A stretch of 64,000 nt of DNA from an uncultured Alphaproteobacteria bacterium (GCA_964645285.1 CAZYDR010000001.1:4182-68181); one strand, 5' to 3'. Shown: positions 27,655 to 37,955, counted from the stretch's first letter. A program made the numbers and translations. Notes: generated by a model from the letters alone, not told the origin.

Positions 27655-27908
27655 GAGAACTTGTCGCGGGCAGCCTCGGACGTGGTTACCGGGATGAACT
27701 CTAAGTCGACCAGGTCGCGCCAGTTGTCGGCCCAGGTCTCCAGCAGGGCCGGGTCGTCGCAGCTCATGGTCTGGTAGCAGCCACTCATGTCCGCCGTGAC
27801 CCAACTTTCGTGAAAGGTCAGACCGTCCGGCAACATGCGGCCGCGTTCTTCGACCCGGCGATAGACCGCCCCTGCGTCCTTGAAGCGCTCGATTACCATA
27901 TAGAGCAT
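27648..27908 (-). CDS. DUF3303-like small protein
   Basis: MLYMVIERFKD N-terminus is typical of DUF3303. The start is chosen at that Met to avoid overlapping the upstream gene. Confidence 0.5.
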   Translation of the reverse strand: MLYMVIERFKDAGAVYRRVEERGRMLPDGLTFHESWVTADMSGCYQTMSCDDPALLETWADNWRDLVDLEFIPVTTSEAARDKFSQ

Positions 27909-30007
27909 CAACGACCCTCGCCGCGCCATGCCAGCATCAGCCCGCTAAGAGCCATCATCAGCACCAGCCACGGCGCCATGAGCGGCGCCTGACGAATGCC
28001 CGTGACCCGGAAGTCCTGGTTGGCGCGGAGGCCGATCCAGCCGCGCCCGGCGCTATCGCGGCCCGGCGCGACCATTCGCAAATCGGGCACGCCGTCGGCG
28101 GCGAACCAGGCGAAGGCGCCGCCGCTGGCCCGCACCAAGGGCGCCAGGGGCACGGTGGAGGCGCGCAGGTCGGCGAACTCCAGCGGGTTCACGTCGCCGA
28201 CCAGGGCGATGGTCGAATGGACCCCGTCGCTGAGCCGGTAGAGCCCGGGATCGACCACGGTAATCGACGTGCCGGTGCGGCCATCGCCGAGATTCTCAAG
28301 GATGATCTCGCGCGGCTCTCCGGTTGGCGTGGTGACGACAACCGGAGAGCCGGTCTCGTCGAGACTGCGCCGGGTGATGTCGATGCGGTTGCCGTCGGTG
28401 ACGGCGCGCAGGTCCTCTTCCTCCAGGTCCGGCTCCTTCATGAGCCAATGAGCGACCCGGCGCAGCAGCTCGGCCTGGGGACCACCGCCCTCAAACCCCC
28501 GCGCCCACAGCCACATGTGGTCGCTGAGAAGCTGGGCCACCCGGCCCTCCTTGACCCGGTCGAGCACCAGGATCGGGCTTTCCTCGACCCCCGCCATGAG
28601 CACCGCCGCGCTGCCAGCCGTCAGGTCCACATCGACCTGGCGGAACCAGCGGCCCCAGTCGGCGACCTCGCCGGGGGGCCCGGCGCCGGGCAGGGCCGCG
28701 GTCACCGGATGGCGCCGACCGACATCGGTCAAGGCCGGGCGGAAGCCGCCTTCGAAGACCTCGCCGGTCGGTCCCGCCGGCAATATATAGGCCAATCCGG
28801 TCCGGGCCAGACTGGCCTCGCCCGCGTAGGCCGGGCCGGCGGCGGACAACAAGGCGCCGCCGTTCTCCACGTAGGCCGCGATGTTCTTAAGATAAGTCTC
28901 CGGTATGACGCCACGGCGGCGGTAGCGATCGAAGATGATCAAGTCGAACTCGTTGAGCTTCTCCTCGAACAACGCCTTGATGGGAAATGAAATCAGCGCC
29001 AGCTCGCGGATCGGCGTGGCGTCCTGTTTTTCCGGCGGCCGCAGAATAGTGAAGTGGATAAGATCGACCGACGGGTCGGACTTGAGCAGATTGCGCCAGA
29101 CCCGCTCGCCGGTATGGGCCTCGCCGGAAATCAACAGCACCCGCAAGCGGTCGCGGACGCCGTTGATGGCCACCACGGCGCGGTTGTTGAGCAGACTGAG
29201 CTCACTGGGCCCGTCTTCGACCTCGAGCTCGATTAGGGTCGTGCCGGGGCGGTCGAGGACGAATTCAATCTCGTGGGTTCCGCCAATGGGCACGAAACTC
29301 GATTCAGCCGGCCTGTCGTTGATCCGCGTGGTCAGCTTGACCAGGTCGCCCCGTTTGCTCGCATCCGATGAATCCTCGACCTTGATGATGACCGACAGGG
29401 TATTGCCGACAACGCCGTAGCGCGGCGCCTGCTCGATCACCAGACGGCGGTCGGTCTCGCCCGGGCCACCGGTGATCAGGGCATGGACCGGCGCCTCAAA
29501 ACCGAGTTCCGCCAGGGTCTCGGGCACGTCATGAACCTGACCGTCGGTGACCAGCACGGCCCCGGCGATGCGCCGCCGGAGGACATCGGACAACGTCTGG
29601 CGCAGGGTGTCGAACAGGGCGGTGCCGGATACCGCCGCGCCGGCCTCGCGGACCTCGCCGCCGACATGGACCACACGGGTCTCGACCCCCTCGAAGGTCT
29701 CCAGGCCGGCGATCACCGCATCGGCCGCCGCCTTGGCCTGATCGGCCCGCTCGCCGATGCGCTGGCTCAACGACTCATCGACCACCACCACCGCCACATC
29801 GGCAAGGCGCTCGCGGCTTTCCTCGACCAGTATCGGGTTGAGCAATGCAAGCACGGCCGCGCCCATGCCCAGGGCGCGCCACCAGATACCACGGGCCCGG
29901 CGCCACAGGCCGAAGCCGACTCCGGCCACCGCCAAGGCGGTCAGCACCAGGGTAATCGGCCAGGGAACCAATGGCGCGAAGGCGATGGTGGTGAGCTGCT
30001 CGGTCAT
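27908..30007 (-). CDS. large membrane protein of the MoxR/DUF58 (Bat-like) cluster, unknown function
   Basis: N-terminal TM helices (PLVPWPITLVLTALAVAGVGFGLW) and a C-terminal TM (MAPWLVLMMALSGLMLAW). Conserved position downstream of the DUF4159 protein. Confidence 0.6.
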   Translation of the reverse strand: MTEQLTTIAFAPLVPWPITLVLTALAVAGVGFGLWRRARGIWWRALGMGAAVLALLNPILVEESRERLADVAVVVVDESLSQRIGERADQAKAAADAVIAGLETFEGVETRVVHVGGEVREAGAAVSGTALFDTLRQTLSDVLRRRIAGAVLVTDGQVHDVPETLAELGFEAPVHALITGGPGETDRRLVIEQAPRYGVVGNTLSVIIKVEDSSDASKRGDLVKLTTRINDRPAESSFVPIGGTHEIEFVLDRPGTTLIELEVEDGPSELSLLNNRAVVAINGVRDRLRVLLISGEAHTGERVWRNLLKSDPSVDLIHFTILRPPEKQDATPIRELALISFPIKALFEEKLNEFDLIIFDRYRRRGVIPETYLKNIAAYVENGGALLSAAGPAYAGEASLARTGLAYILPAGPTGEVFEGGFRPALTDVGRRHPVTAALPGAGPPGEVADWGRWFRQVDVDLTAGSAAVLMAGVEESPILVLDRVKEGRVAQLLSDHMWLWARGFEGGGPQAELLRRVAHWLMKEPDLEEEDLRAVTDGNRIDITRRSLDETGSPVVVTTPTGEPREIILENLGDGRTGTSITVVDPGLYRLSDGVHSTIALVGDVNPLEFADLRASTVPLAPLVRASGGAFAWFAADGVPDLRMVAPGRDSAGRGWIGLRANQDFRVTGIRQAPLMAPWLVLMMALSGLMLAWRGEGR

Positions 30008-30012
30008 GGCCC

Positions 30013-32736
30013 TTACTGACTCAACCGGTCGAGGATCGCCGGCATGTGGACCTGATCGGCCTTGTAGTTGCCGGTCATGGCGTACATGGCAAGATTGATG
30101 CCGAAGCGGAACGCCCCTTCGCGCTGGCGCTCACCGCCCGGCACTACGGCGAACATGGGCCGCCGGCCTTCGTCCAACGCCCAGGCCGCGACCCAATCGT
30201 GGCTACCGATAATCAGCGACGAGACGCCGTCATTGACACCGCCCTCATGACGTTCGACCCAGACCTGACCGCCGATCCAGCGGCCGGGAAAATCGCGCAG
30301 GAGATAGAACGCCTTGGTCAGGACGTGATCCTCGGGCACCTGAATCAACGGCGGGATATCGAGCCCCCGCAGCAGCGTCCGCAGGCGCCGGGCTGCCGGG
30401 CTGAGGCCGCCCGACAGGCTGGTCGCGCCGATGTTGCAGTCGCGGGTGTCGAACAGGATGATGCCGCCGGTCTTGAGGTAGTGATTGACCTTGACCGCCG
30501 CCGCCGGCGACAGCGCTGCCTGGGACGCAGCGATCGGCCAATAAATCAGAGGAAAGAAAATCAGCTCGTCGTGCTCCACATCGATGGCCATGGGCTCGGC
30601 CGGCTCGATGGAGGTCCGCGCCGCAAGCACGATGCCAAGGCCGAACAGGCCATCGCGGCTATTGCCATCAATCTCGCTGTCGCCAGTCATGATAAACCCG
30701 AACCGCGACTCCAAGGTCGCTGCCAGGGCGAAGCCGTCGTCGCTCGTTGTCGTCTCCTGGGCCAGAGCCGGCGTCGCCACCATGGCCATCAACGCAACCC
30801 CGGCGGCAGTGCGTATGGCGCGACTGGGTACCAGGCCGCGCAAGATCATCCCGGCAATCAGGTCGCCGAACGCCAGCATCAGGGCGGCGATCAGGAACCA
30901 GGGTTTGAGATCCGCCTCGCCGGCCTCGCCGAAGATCCGGTGGGTGGCTGTCGCCGGCAGTTTGTCGATGGCCTCGATGGCAGTAAACCCGGCAGTCAGA
31001 TTAAGCACCTGGCGGGCGCCCTGAGCGCCGTAGTAGCCCGGCGGATGACGCGGTCCGGGGGAGACATCGCCGAACTCCCTGGCCGCCACCGGCCGGCTGT
31101 CTTCCGTCGGCGCGCCGAGGCGGCCGAACCCGTCAAGGGTTTGCAGCGGCGCCAGCGCACCGTCTTCCAGGTCGCCGGTTACACCCTGGCTCAACTGCAC
31201 CAGACGATAGAGCATCTCCACGAACAAGCCCGATATGGCGAGATCCGACCACGCCGTACTGGCGGTGGTGTGAACCAGTACCAGCCACCCATCACCCCGG
31301 CGCTCCGCCGTTACCAGGGGCGTACCGTCAACCAGCCGAACCCAGGTCTTGGCCGCCAGGTCGAGGGACGGTTCGGCCAGCATCTGGCGGCGAATGTGGA
31401 CATCGTCGGGAATGGTGAGCCCGGCAAAGGGCGTATGATCGGCGAACGGCGCGAGGCGGGCCGGTTCCTCCCACGACAGGGCGCCGCCAAAAGAGCGGCC
31501 GCCAAAGCGCAGGCGCACCGGCACCAGATCATCGGCGCCCTCGGCGATCCGCGGTCCGGCGAAGCGCAGCAGGACGCCACCACCGCTGATCCAGTTCTCG
31601 ACCAGTACCCGATCAGCGCCGACGACGGTCTTCACGTCGGCCAGCACCAACACCGCCAGGGGCCGCGCCAACAAGTCCCCGACCTCGCCGGTGCGAACTT
31701 CGCTGATCCGCTCGAGGGCACGCTCGAGATAGAAAATTTCCGAGAGCAGCGGCTGGTCGGCGTCGATCCCGGCGACCGACACCAGGCCGACCGGGCGGCG
31801 GCGCCAGCGTTCATCGAACAGCACCACCGCGTTGGCCCCGCGCTCACCCTCGATGTTCATGCGCGCCATGCGATTGCGCAGCTCGGCGGGGACGTCGAGT
31901 TCGACAACAGTGGTCTGCTCGCCATCACTGAAAGTCGCAGCCATGCGGGCGAGAACAGCGCCATCCTCGTCGCTGACCCGCAGCCACACGGTTTCTTCGG
32001 CCCGCGCCGCCGGGCGCAGCACCTTGATGTTCAGCGCCCCCGGCCCAGGCTCCGGCGGCAACAGGACATGAGCGCGGTCGAGGGGATCATCAAGCATGAC
32101 CTGAAAATTCCCCAGCGCCGCCAGGCGTTCGGCGAAGGCCGTGACGGAGGGGCTATGGATGCCGTCGCTGAGCCAGACCACATCAACATCGCCCTCGACC
32201 CGCAGGCCATCAAGGGCCGTCGCGGCGGCGGCGCGATCGACAGCCCAGGGCTTGGGCTCGAGAGCCTGGGTCAGGGTCAGAACTTCGTCGGCACGCATCA
32301 GGCGGCCGGCGTCTATCGCCACGTCCGCGGCGGTCGGCGCCGTGGTCAGCAGTACTACGGGCCGATCCTCGCGGGCGGCGCGTTCAAGGATATTGGTCAC
32401 GGCGGTCTGGCGCCGCTCCCAGCGCCGGGCGGCAGCCCAGCCGTCATCGACCACCAGGATCAACGGCCCGTCGCCATCGAGGCCGGTCTCCGGGTTGAGC
32501 AGCGGCTCAGCCAAACCGACGATCAACAGCGCTGCCAGAGCAAGACGAAGCGCAATCAGCCAGGGCGGCGTCTTGGCCGGCGTCTCCTCCTTGCCCGACA
32601 GGCCAAACAACAGGCGCACCGGTGGAAAGCGGACCAGCTTGGGCGCCGGCGGAAGCACCCGCAACAGCCACCAGATCACCGGCAACAACACCAGCGCCGC
32701 CAGCCCCCAAGGCGCGCCGAAAGTCAGGCCGCTCAT
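30013..32736 (-). CDS. N-terminal double-transmembrane domain / DUF4159-type protein of the MoxR-DUF58 cluster
   Basis: MSGLTFGAPWGLAALVLLPVIWWLLRVLPPAPKLVRFPPVRLL... is the hallmark N-terminus of the TIGR02226-type family; 907 aa. Confidence 0.65.
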   Translation of the reverse strand: MSGLTFGAPWGLAALVLLPVIWWLLRVLPPAPKLVRFPPVRLLFGLSGKEETPAKTPPWLIALRLALAALLIVGLAEPLLNPETGLDGDGPLILVVDDGWAAARRWERRQTAVTNILERAAREDRPVVLLTTAPTAADVAIDAGRLMRADEVLTLTQALEPKPWAVDRAAAATALDGLRVEGDVDVVWLSDGIHSPSVTAFAERLAALGNFQVMLDDPLDRAHVLLPPEPGPGALNIKVLRPAARAEETVWLRVSDEDGAVLARMAATFSDGEQTTVVELDVPAELRNRMARMNIEGERGANAVVLFDERWRRRPVGLVSVAGIDADQPLLSEIFYLERALERISEVRTGEVGDLLARPLAVLVLADVKTVVGADRVLVENWISGGGVLLRFAGPRIAEGADDLVPVRLRFGGRSFGGALSWEEPARLAPFADHTPFAGLTIPDDVHIRRQMLAEPSLDLAAKTWVRLVDGTPLVTAERRGDGWLVLVHTTASTAWSDLAISGLFVEMLYRLVQLSQGVTGDLEDGALAPLQTLDGFGRLGAPTEDSRPVAAREFGDVSPGPRHPPGYYGAQGARQVLNLTAGFTAIEAIDKLPATATHRIFGEAGEADLKPWFLIAALMLAFGDLIAGMILRGLVPSRAIRTAAGVALMAMVATPALAQETTTSDDGFALAATLESRFGFIMTGDSEIDGNSRDGLFGLGIVLAARTSIEPAEPMAIDVEHDELIFFPLIYWPIAASQAALSPAAAVKVNHYLKTGGIILFDTRDCNIGATSLSGGLSPAARRLRTLLRGLDIPPLIQVPEDHVLTKAFYLLRDFPGRWIGGQVWVERHEGGVNDGVSSLIIGSHDWVAAWALDEGRRPMFAVVPGGERQREGAFRFGINLAMYAMTGNYKADQVHMPAILDRLSQ

Positions 32737-33614
32737 CGTCGCAACTGTGCCGACATGGCGGTATAAAGCGCCAGCAGCGCCGCCTGGGCCGGCTTATCCG
32801 TGTGATGGACCGAAAAGCTCCAGCCGGCGGTGAGAACCATTTGCGAAAGTTCGGCCCGGTGGGCTTTGAAACGGGCGGCGTAGTCATGGCGAAGCGATTC
32901 AGGGCGACCGATCAGGGTCTCGCCCTCACCCTCCATGCCCTCGAACTGGGTGCGGCCGGAAAACGGCAAGGTCTCCTCGGCGGGATCATTGACCTGCAAC
33001 ACATGGCCCTTAACGCCACTGCCCACGTAGTGCTTGATCAGTCCCTCGATGTGGTCGAGCGGCGACAGGAAATCGCTGATCAGAACCACCTGGGCATGGC
33101 GCGGCAAGGCTTCGGCGGGGGGCAGGCTTTGGCCCGTGTCGCCGAGGCGGTCGAGGCGCGCCACCATCTGGCCCAGGGCGGCGGCGCCACTGGCCGGCCG
33201 GCCGTCCTCGCCAAGCAGCCCGATGTGCTCGCCGCCACGAATCAGCAGCACCGCCAGGGCCAGGGTCAGTAGCGACGCGCGCCCGGCTTTGTCCGTGGCC
33301 GCCATGTCCGAACCATAGGCCATGGACGGCGAGCTATCACACCACAGCCAGACGCTCTCGGCGGCTTCCCACTCATTTTCACGAACGAAAACGTGGGCAC
33401 TGCGCGCCGACTGGCGCCAATCGACCCGGGTTGTCTCGTCACCAGGCTGATAGCGACGGTATTGCCAAAAGGTCTCGCCGATGCCGACCCGGCGGCGGCC
33501 GTGAACACCCTGGGCAACAATCGAGGCGACCCGCTCGGCGGCCACCAGCAGCGGTGGCAGGGTCGCGGCGAGCAGCTCGGCCTGCTGGCGACTCACGACC
33601 GAAGGACTAGGCAC
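32733..33614 (-). CDS. DUF58 domain protein (vWA-like, MoxR partner)
   Basis: The DUF58 signature FRGLRPYQPGD is seen here as FWQYRRYQPGDETTRVDWRQSAR. Confidence 0.75.
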   Translation of the reverse strand: MPSPSVVSRQQAELLAATLPPLLVAAERVASIVAQGVHGRRRVGIGETFWQYRRYQPGDETTRVDWRQSARSAHVFVRENEWEAAESVWLWCDSSPSMAYGSDMAATDKAGRASLLTLALAVLLIRGGEHIGLLGEDGRPASGAAALGQMVARLDRLGDTGQSLPPAEALPRHAQVVLISDFLSPLDHIEGLIKHYVGSGVKGHVLQVNDPAEETLPFSGRTQFEGMEGEGETLIGRPESLRHDYAARFKAHRAELSQMVLTAGWSFSVHHTDKPAQAALLALYTAMSAQLRR

Positions 33615-33623
33615 GATGGGCGA

Positions 33624-34634
33624 TCAGGCGAACGGCGCACACAGCCGCTCGATCACCTGATCGATAACCACGCCATCGGCGCGGGCGGCGAAATTGAGCG
33701 CCATGCGGTGACGTAAAATCGGTCCGGCAAGATGAACCACGTCGTCGAGCGACGGCGCCAGGCGGCCGTCGAGAATAGCCCGCCCCCGCACCGCCATCAT
33801 GAAAGCCTGGCTGGCCCGGGGTCCGGGGCCCCAGGCGACATGTTTACGGACGTCGTCGAATTCGGAAGTTTCGGGCCGGCCCGAGCGAACCAGGGTCAGG
33901 ATAGCCTCGACCACGCTCTCGCCGACAGGCATGCGGCGCAGCAGGTGCTGGGCTGCCAGCATCTCGTCGGCGGTCATCATTTCGGCCGGCTGTTCTTCAT
34001 TGATACCGGTGGTGGCGATCAACATGCCGCGCTCCGACGCCAGATCGGGATAGCTGATGTCGATTTGCATAAGGAACCGGTCGAGCTGGGCCTCGGGCAA
34101 TGGATAGGTACCCTCCTGCTCCAGCGGGTTCTGGGTCGCCAGCACATGGAACGGTGTCGGCAGCGGGTGGCGCTGGCCGGCGATGGAGACTTCGTGCTCC
34201 TGCATGGCCTGGAGCAGCGCCGACTGGGTGCGCGGGCTGGCTCGGTTGATCTCGTCGGCCATGAGCAGCTGGCAGAACACCGGCCCCTTGATGAAGCGGA
34301 ACGAGCGCCGCCCGCTATCGCTCTCCTCGAGCACCTCGGAGCCCAGGATATCGGCGGGCATCAGATCGGGGGTGAACTGGACGCGTTTCTCGCTGAGACC
34401 AAGAACCACGCCAAGGGTTTCCACCAGACGGGTCTTGGCCAGACCCGGCACACCAATGACCAGGGCGTGACCGCCGGCCAGCAGCGTGATAATAGTTTGA
34501 TCAATGACTTGGCTCTGGCCGAAAATAATGCGCCCCATGCGCTCGCGCACCGTAGCCATCTTTTCGCCCAGAAGGTCGATCTTCGACGCCAGATTCTGGC
34601 TCGACTCAACCGCAGTGGGCACTGCTTCCGACAT
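33624..34634 (-). CDS. MoxR-family AAA+ ATPase
   Basis: Walker A GHALVIGVPGLAKTRLVETL; Walker B/sensor LLMADEINRASPRTQSALLQAMQE. Confidence 0.85.
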   Translation of the reverse strand: MSEAVPTAVESSQNLASKIDLLGEKMATVRERMGRIIFGQSQVIDQTIITLLAGGHALVIGVPGLAKTRLVETLGVVLGLSEKRVQFTPDLMPADILGSEVLEESDSGRRSFRFIKGPVFCQLLMADEINRASPRTQSALLQAMQEHEVSIAGQRHPLPTPFHVLATQNPLEQEGTYPLPEAQLDRFLMQIDISYPDLASERGMLIATTGINEEQPAEMMTADEMLAAQHLLRRMPVGESVVEAILTLVRSGRPETSEFDDVRKHVAWGPGPRASQAFMMAVRGRAILDGRLAPSLDDVVHLAGPILRHRMALNFAARADGVVIDQVIERLCAPFA

Positions 34635-34685
34635 CGACTATGCTCCGTTTACCTCGAACCGTGGTACGCCGCGAAAGACAGCTGA

Positions 34686-35282
34686 ATGACGAAGTCATCG
34701 TTTGACCCCACCACCTTGGCCGCGTCCCTGGACGACGATAACATCGTTGCATCGGGGCGCACCACGGGCACCTGCCCCGACCCCGTCATCCGCGATGATC
34801 TCAATATGCGCATCGCCCGTGACGGAACGTGGTTCTACCATGGCTCGCCCATCAGCCGCAAACCACTGGTTCGGCTTTTTGCATCGGTGCTCGGTCGCGA
34901 CGACGACGGCATCTACTGGCTGACCACGCCGGTGGAAAAGGGCCGGGTCGAGGTCGACGATGCGCCGTTCCTGGCGGTCGCGGTCGAGGTCACCGGCACA
35001 GGCAAGGATCAATTGCTCCGCTTCCGCACCAGTCTTGACCAAGAGATCGCCGCCGGACCCGATAATCCGCTACGGGTCGAGCTGGACCCGGCAAGCCAGG
35101 AGCCGGCGCCCTATGTGCTGGTGCAGGGCCGCCTTGAAGCGTTGATTGCCCGTAGCGTGTTCTATGAACTGGTGGAACTCGGTCACGAAGAATTGATCGA
35201 CGGCAAGGCTCGGTTCGGCGTCTGGAGCGGCGGTTGCTTCTTCCCTATCGGCGACATGGACGCCATGGACGTGGCGTCATGA
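34686..35282 (+). CDS. DUF1285 family protein
   Basis: MRIARDGTWFYHGSPISRKPLVRLFASVL matches the DUF1285 core; there is conserved synteny with the CoA pyrophosphatase. Confidence 0.65.
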   Translation: MTKSSFDPTTLAASLDDDNIVASGRTTGTCPDPVIRDDLNMRIARDGTWFYHGSPISRKPLVRLFASVLGRDDDGIYWLTTPVEKGRVEVDDAPFLAVAVEVTGTGKDQLLRFRTSLDQEIAAGPDNPLRVELDPASQEPAPYVLVQGRLEALIARSVFYELVELGHEELIDGKARFGVWSGGCFFPIGDMDAMDVAS

Positions 35283-35866
35283 AACCGGACGCCATACGCC
35301 AGCGTCTCGCCACCCTCGATCCCCGCGGCTGGGAGGCGGTGCCCGAACCGGTGGATGCGGAGCGCCCCCTGACGCCGGCAGCGGTGCTGATTCCCCTGGT
35401 CACTCATGCGGAAGGGCTGTCGGCCATTTTCACCGAGCGCACCGCCCATCTTCATGACCACGCCGGACAGGTGAGTTTCCCCGGCGGCCGTTATGAAGAC
35501 TCCGACAACAACGCCATGGCCACCGCGTTGCGCGAGGCAGACGAGGAAATCGGCCTGCGTCCCGAGGCGGTTGAGATCATCGGGTGCCTCGACGCCCACG
35601 ATACCTCCAGCGGCTTTTCCGTGGTGCCGGTGGTCGGTTTGGTGACGCCGCCCTATTCTCTGACCCTTGATGAGTTCGAAGTCGCCGAAGCGTTCGAAGT
35701 GCCGCTCAGCTTTCTCTTCGATCCGGCCAACAAGCGCCGCGAAGAGGCGTTCTGGCGTGGCGAGATGCGCCGCTACGATATCTATGACGATTACGACGGC
35801 CATATGGTTTGGGGGGTCACCGCACGTATCGTCGGGCGCCTCCAGGAAGTATTGTTACGACCATGA
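35279..35866 (+). CDS. CoA pyrophosphatase (Nudix hydrolase NudL-like)
   Basis: The Nudix box is GQVSFPGGRYEDSDNNAMATALREADEEIGL. ATGA overlap with the upstream gene. Confidence 0.75.
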   Translation: MKPDAIRQRLATLDPRGWEAVPEPVDAERPLTPAAVLIPLVTHAEGLSAIFTERTAHLHDHAGQVSFPGGRYEDSDNNAMATALREADEEIGLRPEAVEIIGCLDAHDTSSGFSVVPVVGLVTPPYSLTLDEFEVAEAFEVPLSFLFDPANKRREEAFWRGEMRRYDIYDDYDGHMVWGVTARIVGRLQEVLLRP

Positions 35867-36141
35867 GACGAATTCTTCTGAATTACCTGCTGCCCATCAT
35901 CCTGCCGTTCGTTATCTACGGCCTGTGGCTGGCCTTCGCCCGCTATAAGGCGCGCAAGGCCGGCGAAGAAGGCGGTCCCGAATGGCGCGACGCACCGTGG
36001 ACCTGGCTGATGATCGCCAGCGCCGGACTGGTCGCCGCCGGCTTCGTGGTACTGGCGCTTCAGGGCGGTACATCGCCGGATACCACCTACTATCCGCCGC
36101 AATATATCGACGGCGAGATCGTGCAGAGCCACGCAGAGTAG
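35863..36141 (+). CDS. small membrane protein, hypothetical
   Basis: Two predicted TM helices (LLNYLLPIILPFVIYGLWLAF, WTWLMIASAGLVAAGFVVLAL). ATGA overlap with the Nudix gene. Confidence 0.4.
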   Translation: MRRILLNYLLPIILPFVIYGLWLAFARYKARKAGEEGGPEWRDAPWTWLMIASAGLVAAGFVVLALQGGTSPDTTYYPPQYIDGEIVQSHAE

Positions 36142-36153
36142 CCGGGTTAAACC

Positions 36154-37413
36154 ATGGAACCGGCCGGCCATATCGATACTCAGCCATGGATGACGGCGCC
36201 CGGAACCCGGGCGGTGCTCGACGCGCTTGGCGCCGAGAACGCAGTGGTGCGCATTGTCGGCGGCGCCGTGCGCGATGCGGTGATCGGCCGCGCCGACAGC
36301 AACACGGAAATCGACATCGCCACGCCCGACGGGCCCGAGACCGTCACCCGACTGCTTGAGGCGGCAGGCCTGCGCGCGGTCCCCACGGGCATCATACACG
36401 GCACGGTGACGGCGGTTGCCGCCCACCGGCCCTTCGAGATCACCACCCTGCGCCACGACGTGGAGACCGATGGCCGTCACGCTTTGGTCGCCTTCATCGA
36501 TGACTGGGCGGCCGACGCGGCGCGCCGCGACTTCACCATGAATGCGCTTTACTGCGATCCCGACGGCACCCTCTACGACCCGGAAGGTGGCCTTGCCGAC
36601 CTCAAGGCCGGGCGGGTGCGCTTCATTGGTCATGGCCCGACGCGCATTGACGAGGACGCCCTCCGGGTACTGCGCTTTTTCCGTTTTCACGCCCGCTACG
36701 GCGGCGGTGTCCCGGACAGTGACGCCGTCGCCGCCTGCCGCGCCAAGGCAGCCGCGGTGGCGACGTTGTCCGGCGAGCGTGTCGGCGGCGAGATGCTCAA
36801 GCTGCTGGCGGCGCCCACGCCCTGCGAGGCACTGGACCTGATGATTGAGGCCGGGGTGATGGCCCACGTGTTACCTGGTGTCAGCCGGATCGATGGGCTC
36901 GCCGCCCTATGCCGGGCCGAAGCCGGAACGCCCGACGGCCTGCGCCGCCTGGCCATGCTGTTGCGTACAGGCGGCGCCGCCATGGCGGCGCCGCAACGAT
37001 TGCGCCTGTCCAACGACCAACGAGACCGGCTCAGGACCATGGTCGAGCCTGGCGCCGATGTGGTTGCCGGCCTCGATCCCCTGGCCCAGCGTCGTAATCT
37101 CTACCGTCTCGGCGCGGCAACGTTCATCGATTTGGTTTATCTGGCCTGGGCCGAGGCGGCGTTTCACGAGCAACGGGACGCCGAAGCCATGGCCGCGCCC
37201 TATGACGCCATGATCGCGACGGCTCGGAACTGGCCCGCGCCCACCCTGCCGGTCGAGGGCGCCGACGTGACGGCTCTGAGTGTCGCCCCCGGACCCATGG
37301 TCGGGCGGCTGCTCACGGCTATCGAGGACTGGTGGATCGCCGGCGACTTTCAGGCCGACCGTGACGAGACGCTGGCCAGACTGAAAGAACTGGCCGCCGC
37401 GAAAAGCGCCTAA
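36154..37413 (+). CDS. cca: CCA tRNA nucleotidyltransferase (poly(A) polymerase-family class II)
   Basis: RIVGGAVRDAVIG...DIDIAT and RRDFTMNALY are nucleotidyltransferase head motifs. Confidence 0.8.
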   Translation: MEPAGHIDTQPWMTAPGTRAVLDALGAENAVVRIVGGAVRDAVIGRADSNTEIDIATPDGPETVTRLLEAAGLRAVPTGIIHGTVTAVAAHRPFEITTLRHDVETDGRHALVAFIDDWAADAARRDFTMNALYCDPDGTLYDPEGGLADLKAGRVRFIGHGPTRIDEDALRVLRFFRFHARYGGGVPDSDAVAACRAKAAAVATLSGERVGGEMLKLLAAPTPCEALDLMIEAGVMAHVLPGVSRIDGLAALCRAEAGTPDGLRRLAMLLRTGGAAMAAPQRLRLSNDQRDRLRTMVEPGADVVAGLDPLAQRRNLYRLGAATFIDLVYLAWAEAAFHEQRDAEAMAAPYDAMIATARNWPAPTLPVEGADVTALSVAPGPMVGRLLTAIEDWWIAGDFQADRDETLARLKELAAAKSA

Positions 37414-37955
37414 TCCGCGACCCTGGTCAGGGTTCCACTAACACTACGCACCAGGCGGCCGTCACGGAACCGGGTGAAATAGAGTTCCATGCCGGCGTCA
37501 GTCAGAGTGCGGTCATAGGTCTGCATCTCGTAGGACCCGTCTTCGTGAACCAGCAGGGAATGAATGGTCAGGGTGCGGTCCTCGATGCGTGCCCAGACAA
37601 ACGGCCAGCCGGCCAGCGGATCAATCTCGATACCACTCTGAAACACACTGGCGTGCTCGGTGGCCTCGAAAAACAGGGCATGGTAGTTTTGTTTGATAGC
37701 GGATTCGCCGTCGTCACCGTCTTTACGCAAAACAGTCGCCCAGCTGAGGGCGGAGCCATCGCCATCCGGGGTGATGATGACATCGATATTGCGCAGGGTC
37801 TCGTCGAACGTCTCGCTAATTTCGTCCTTGGCGACACCGGTGCCGGCGAAATGACCGGCGAAAGCAGCAATCGGCAGATCATCGGCCACAGCCGCCGGCA
37901 CCCCGCCAAACACGACCGCAACCATCAAGATAGCGCCGGAAATACACGCCAGCAT
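37410..37955 (-). CDS. secreted hypothetical protein
   Basis: Signal peptide MLACISGAILMVAVVFGGVPAAVA; no recognisable domain. The start is trimmed to the signal-peptide Met. Confidence 0.4.
   Translation of the reverse strand: MLACISGAILMVAVVFGGVPAAVADDLPIAAFAGHFAGTGVAKDEISETFDETLRNIDVIITPDGDGSALSWATVLRKDGDDGESAIKQNYHALFFEATEHASVFQSGIEIDPLAGWPFVWARIEDRTLTIHSLLVHEDGSYEMQTYDRTLTDAGMELYFTRFRDGRLVRSVSGTLTRVAD

Noticed and set aside
30046-32766. 906-aa plus-strand ORF exactly antisense to the 907-aa DUF4159/double-TM gene
   Set aside because: Arg/Gly/Ala/Pro-rich low-complexity translation typical of the antisense frame of a high-GC gene. It has no domain signal, while the minus-strand frame has a clear conserved N-terminal double-TM signature. 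Other long antisense ORFs were treated the same way: 2989..4374(-), 7329..8723(+), 8713..9678(+), 9943..10596(-), 12916..14235(+), 17837..18526(+), 19396..20235(-), 25015..26715(-), 35791..36867(-), 37545..39008(+), 39605..40486(-), 41287..42186(-), 42197..43297(-), 45679..46404(-), 54246-region overlaps, 55082..56053(+), and the 5' 240 codons of 59252..60250(+).
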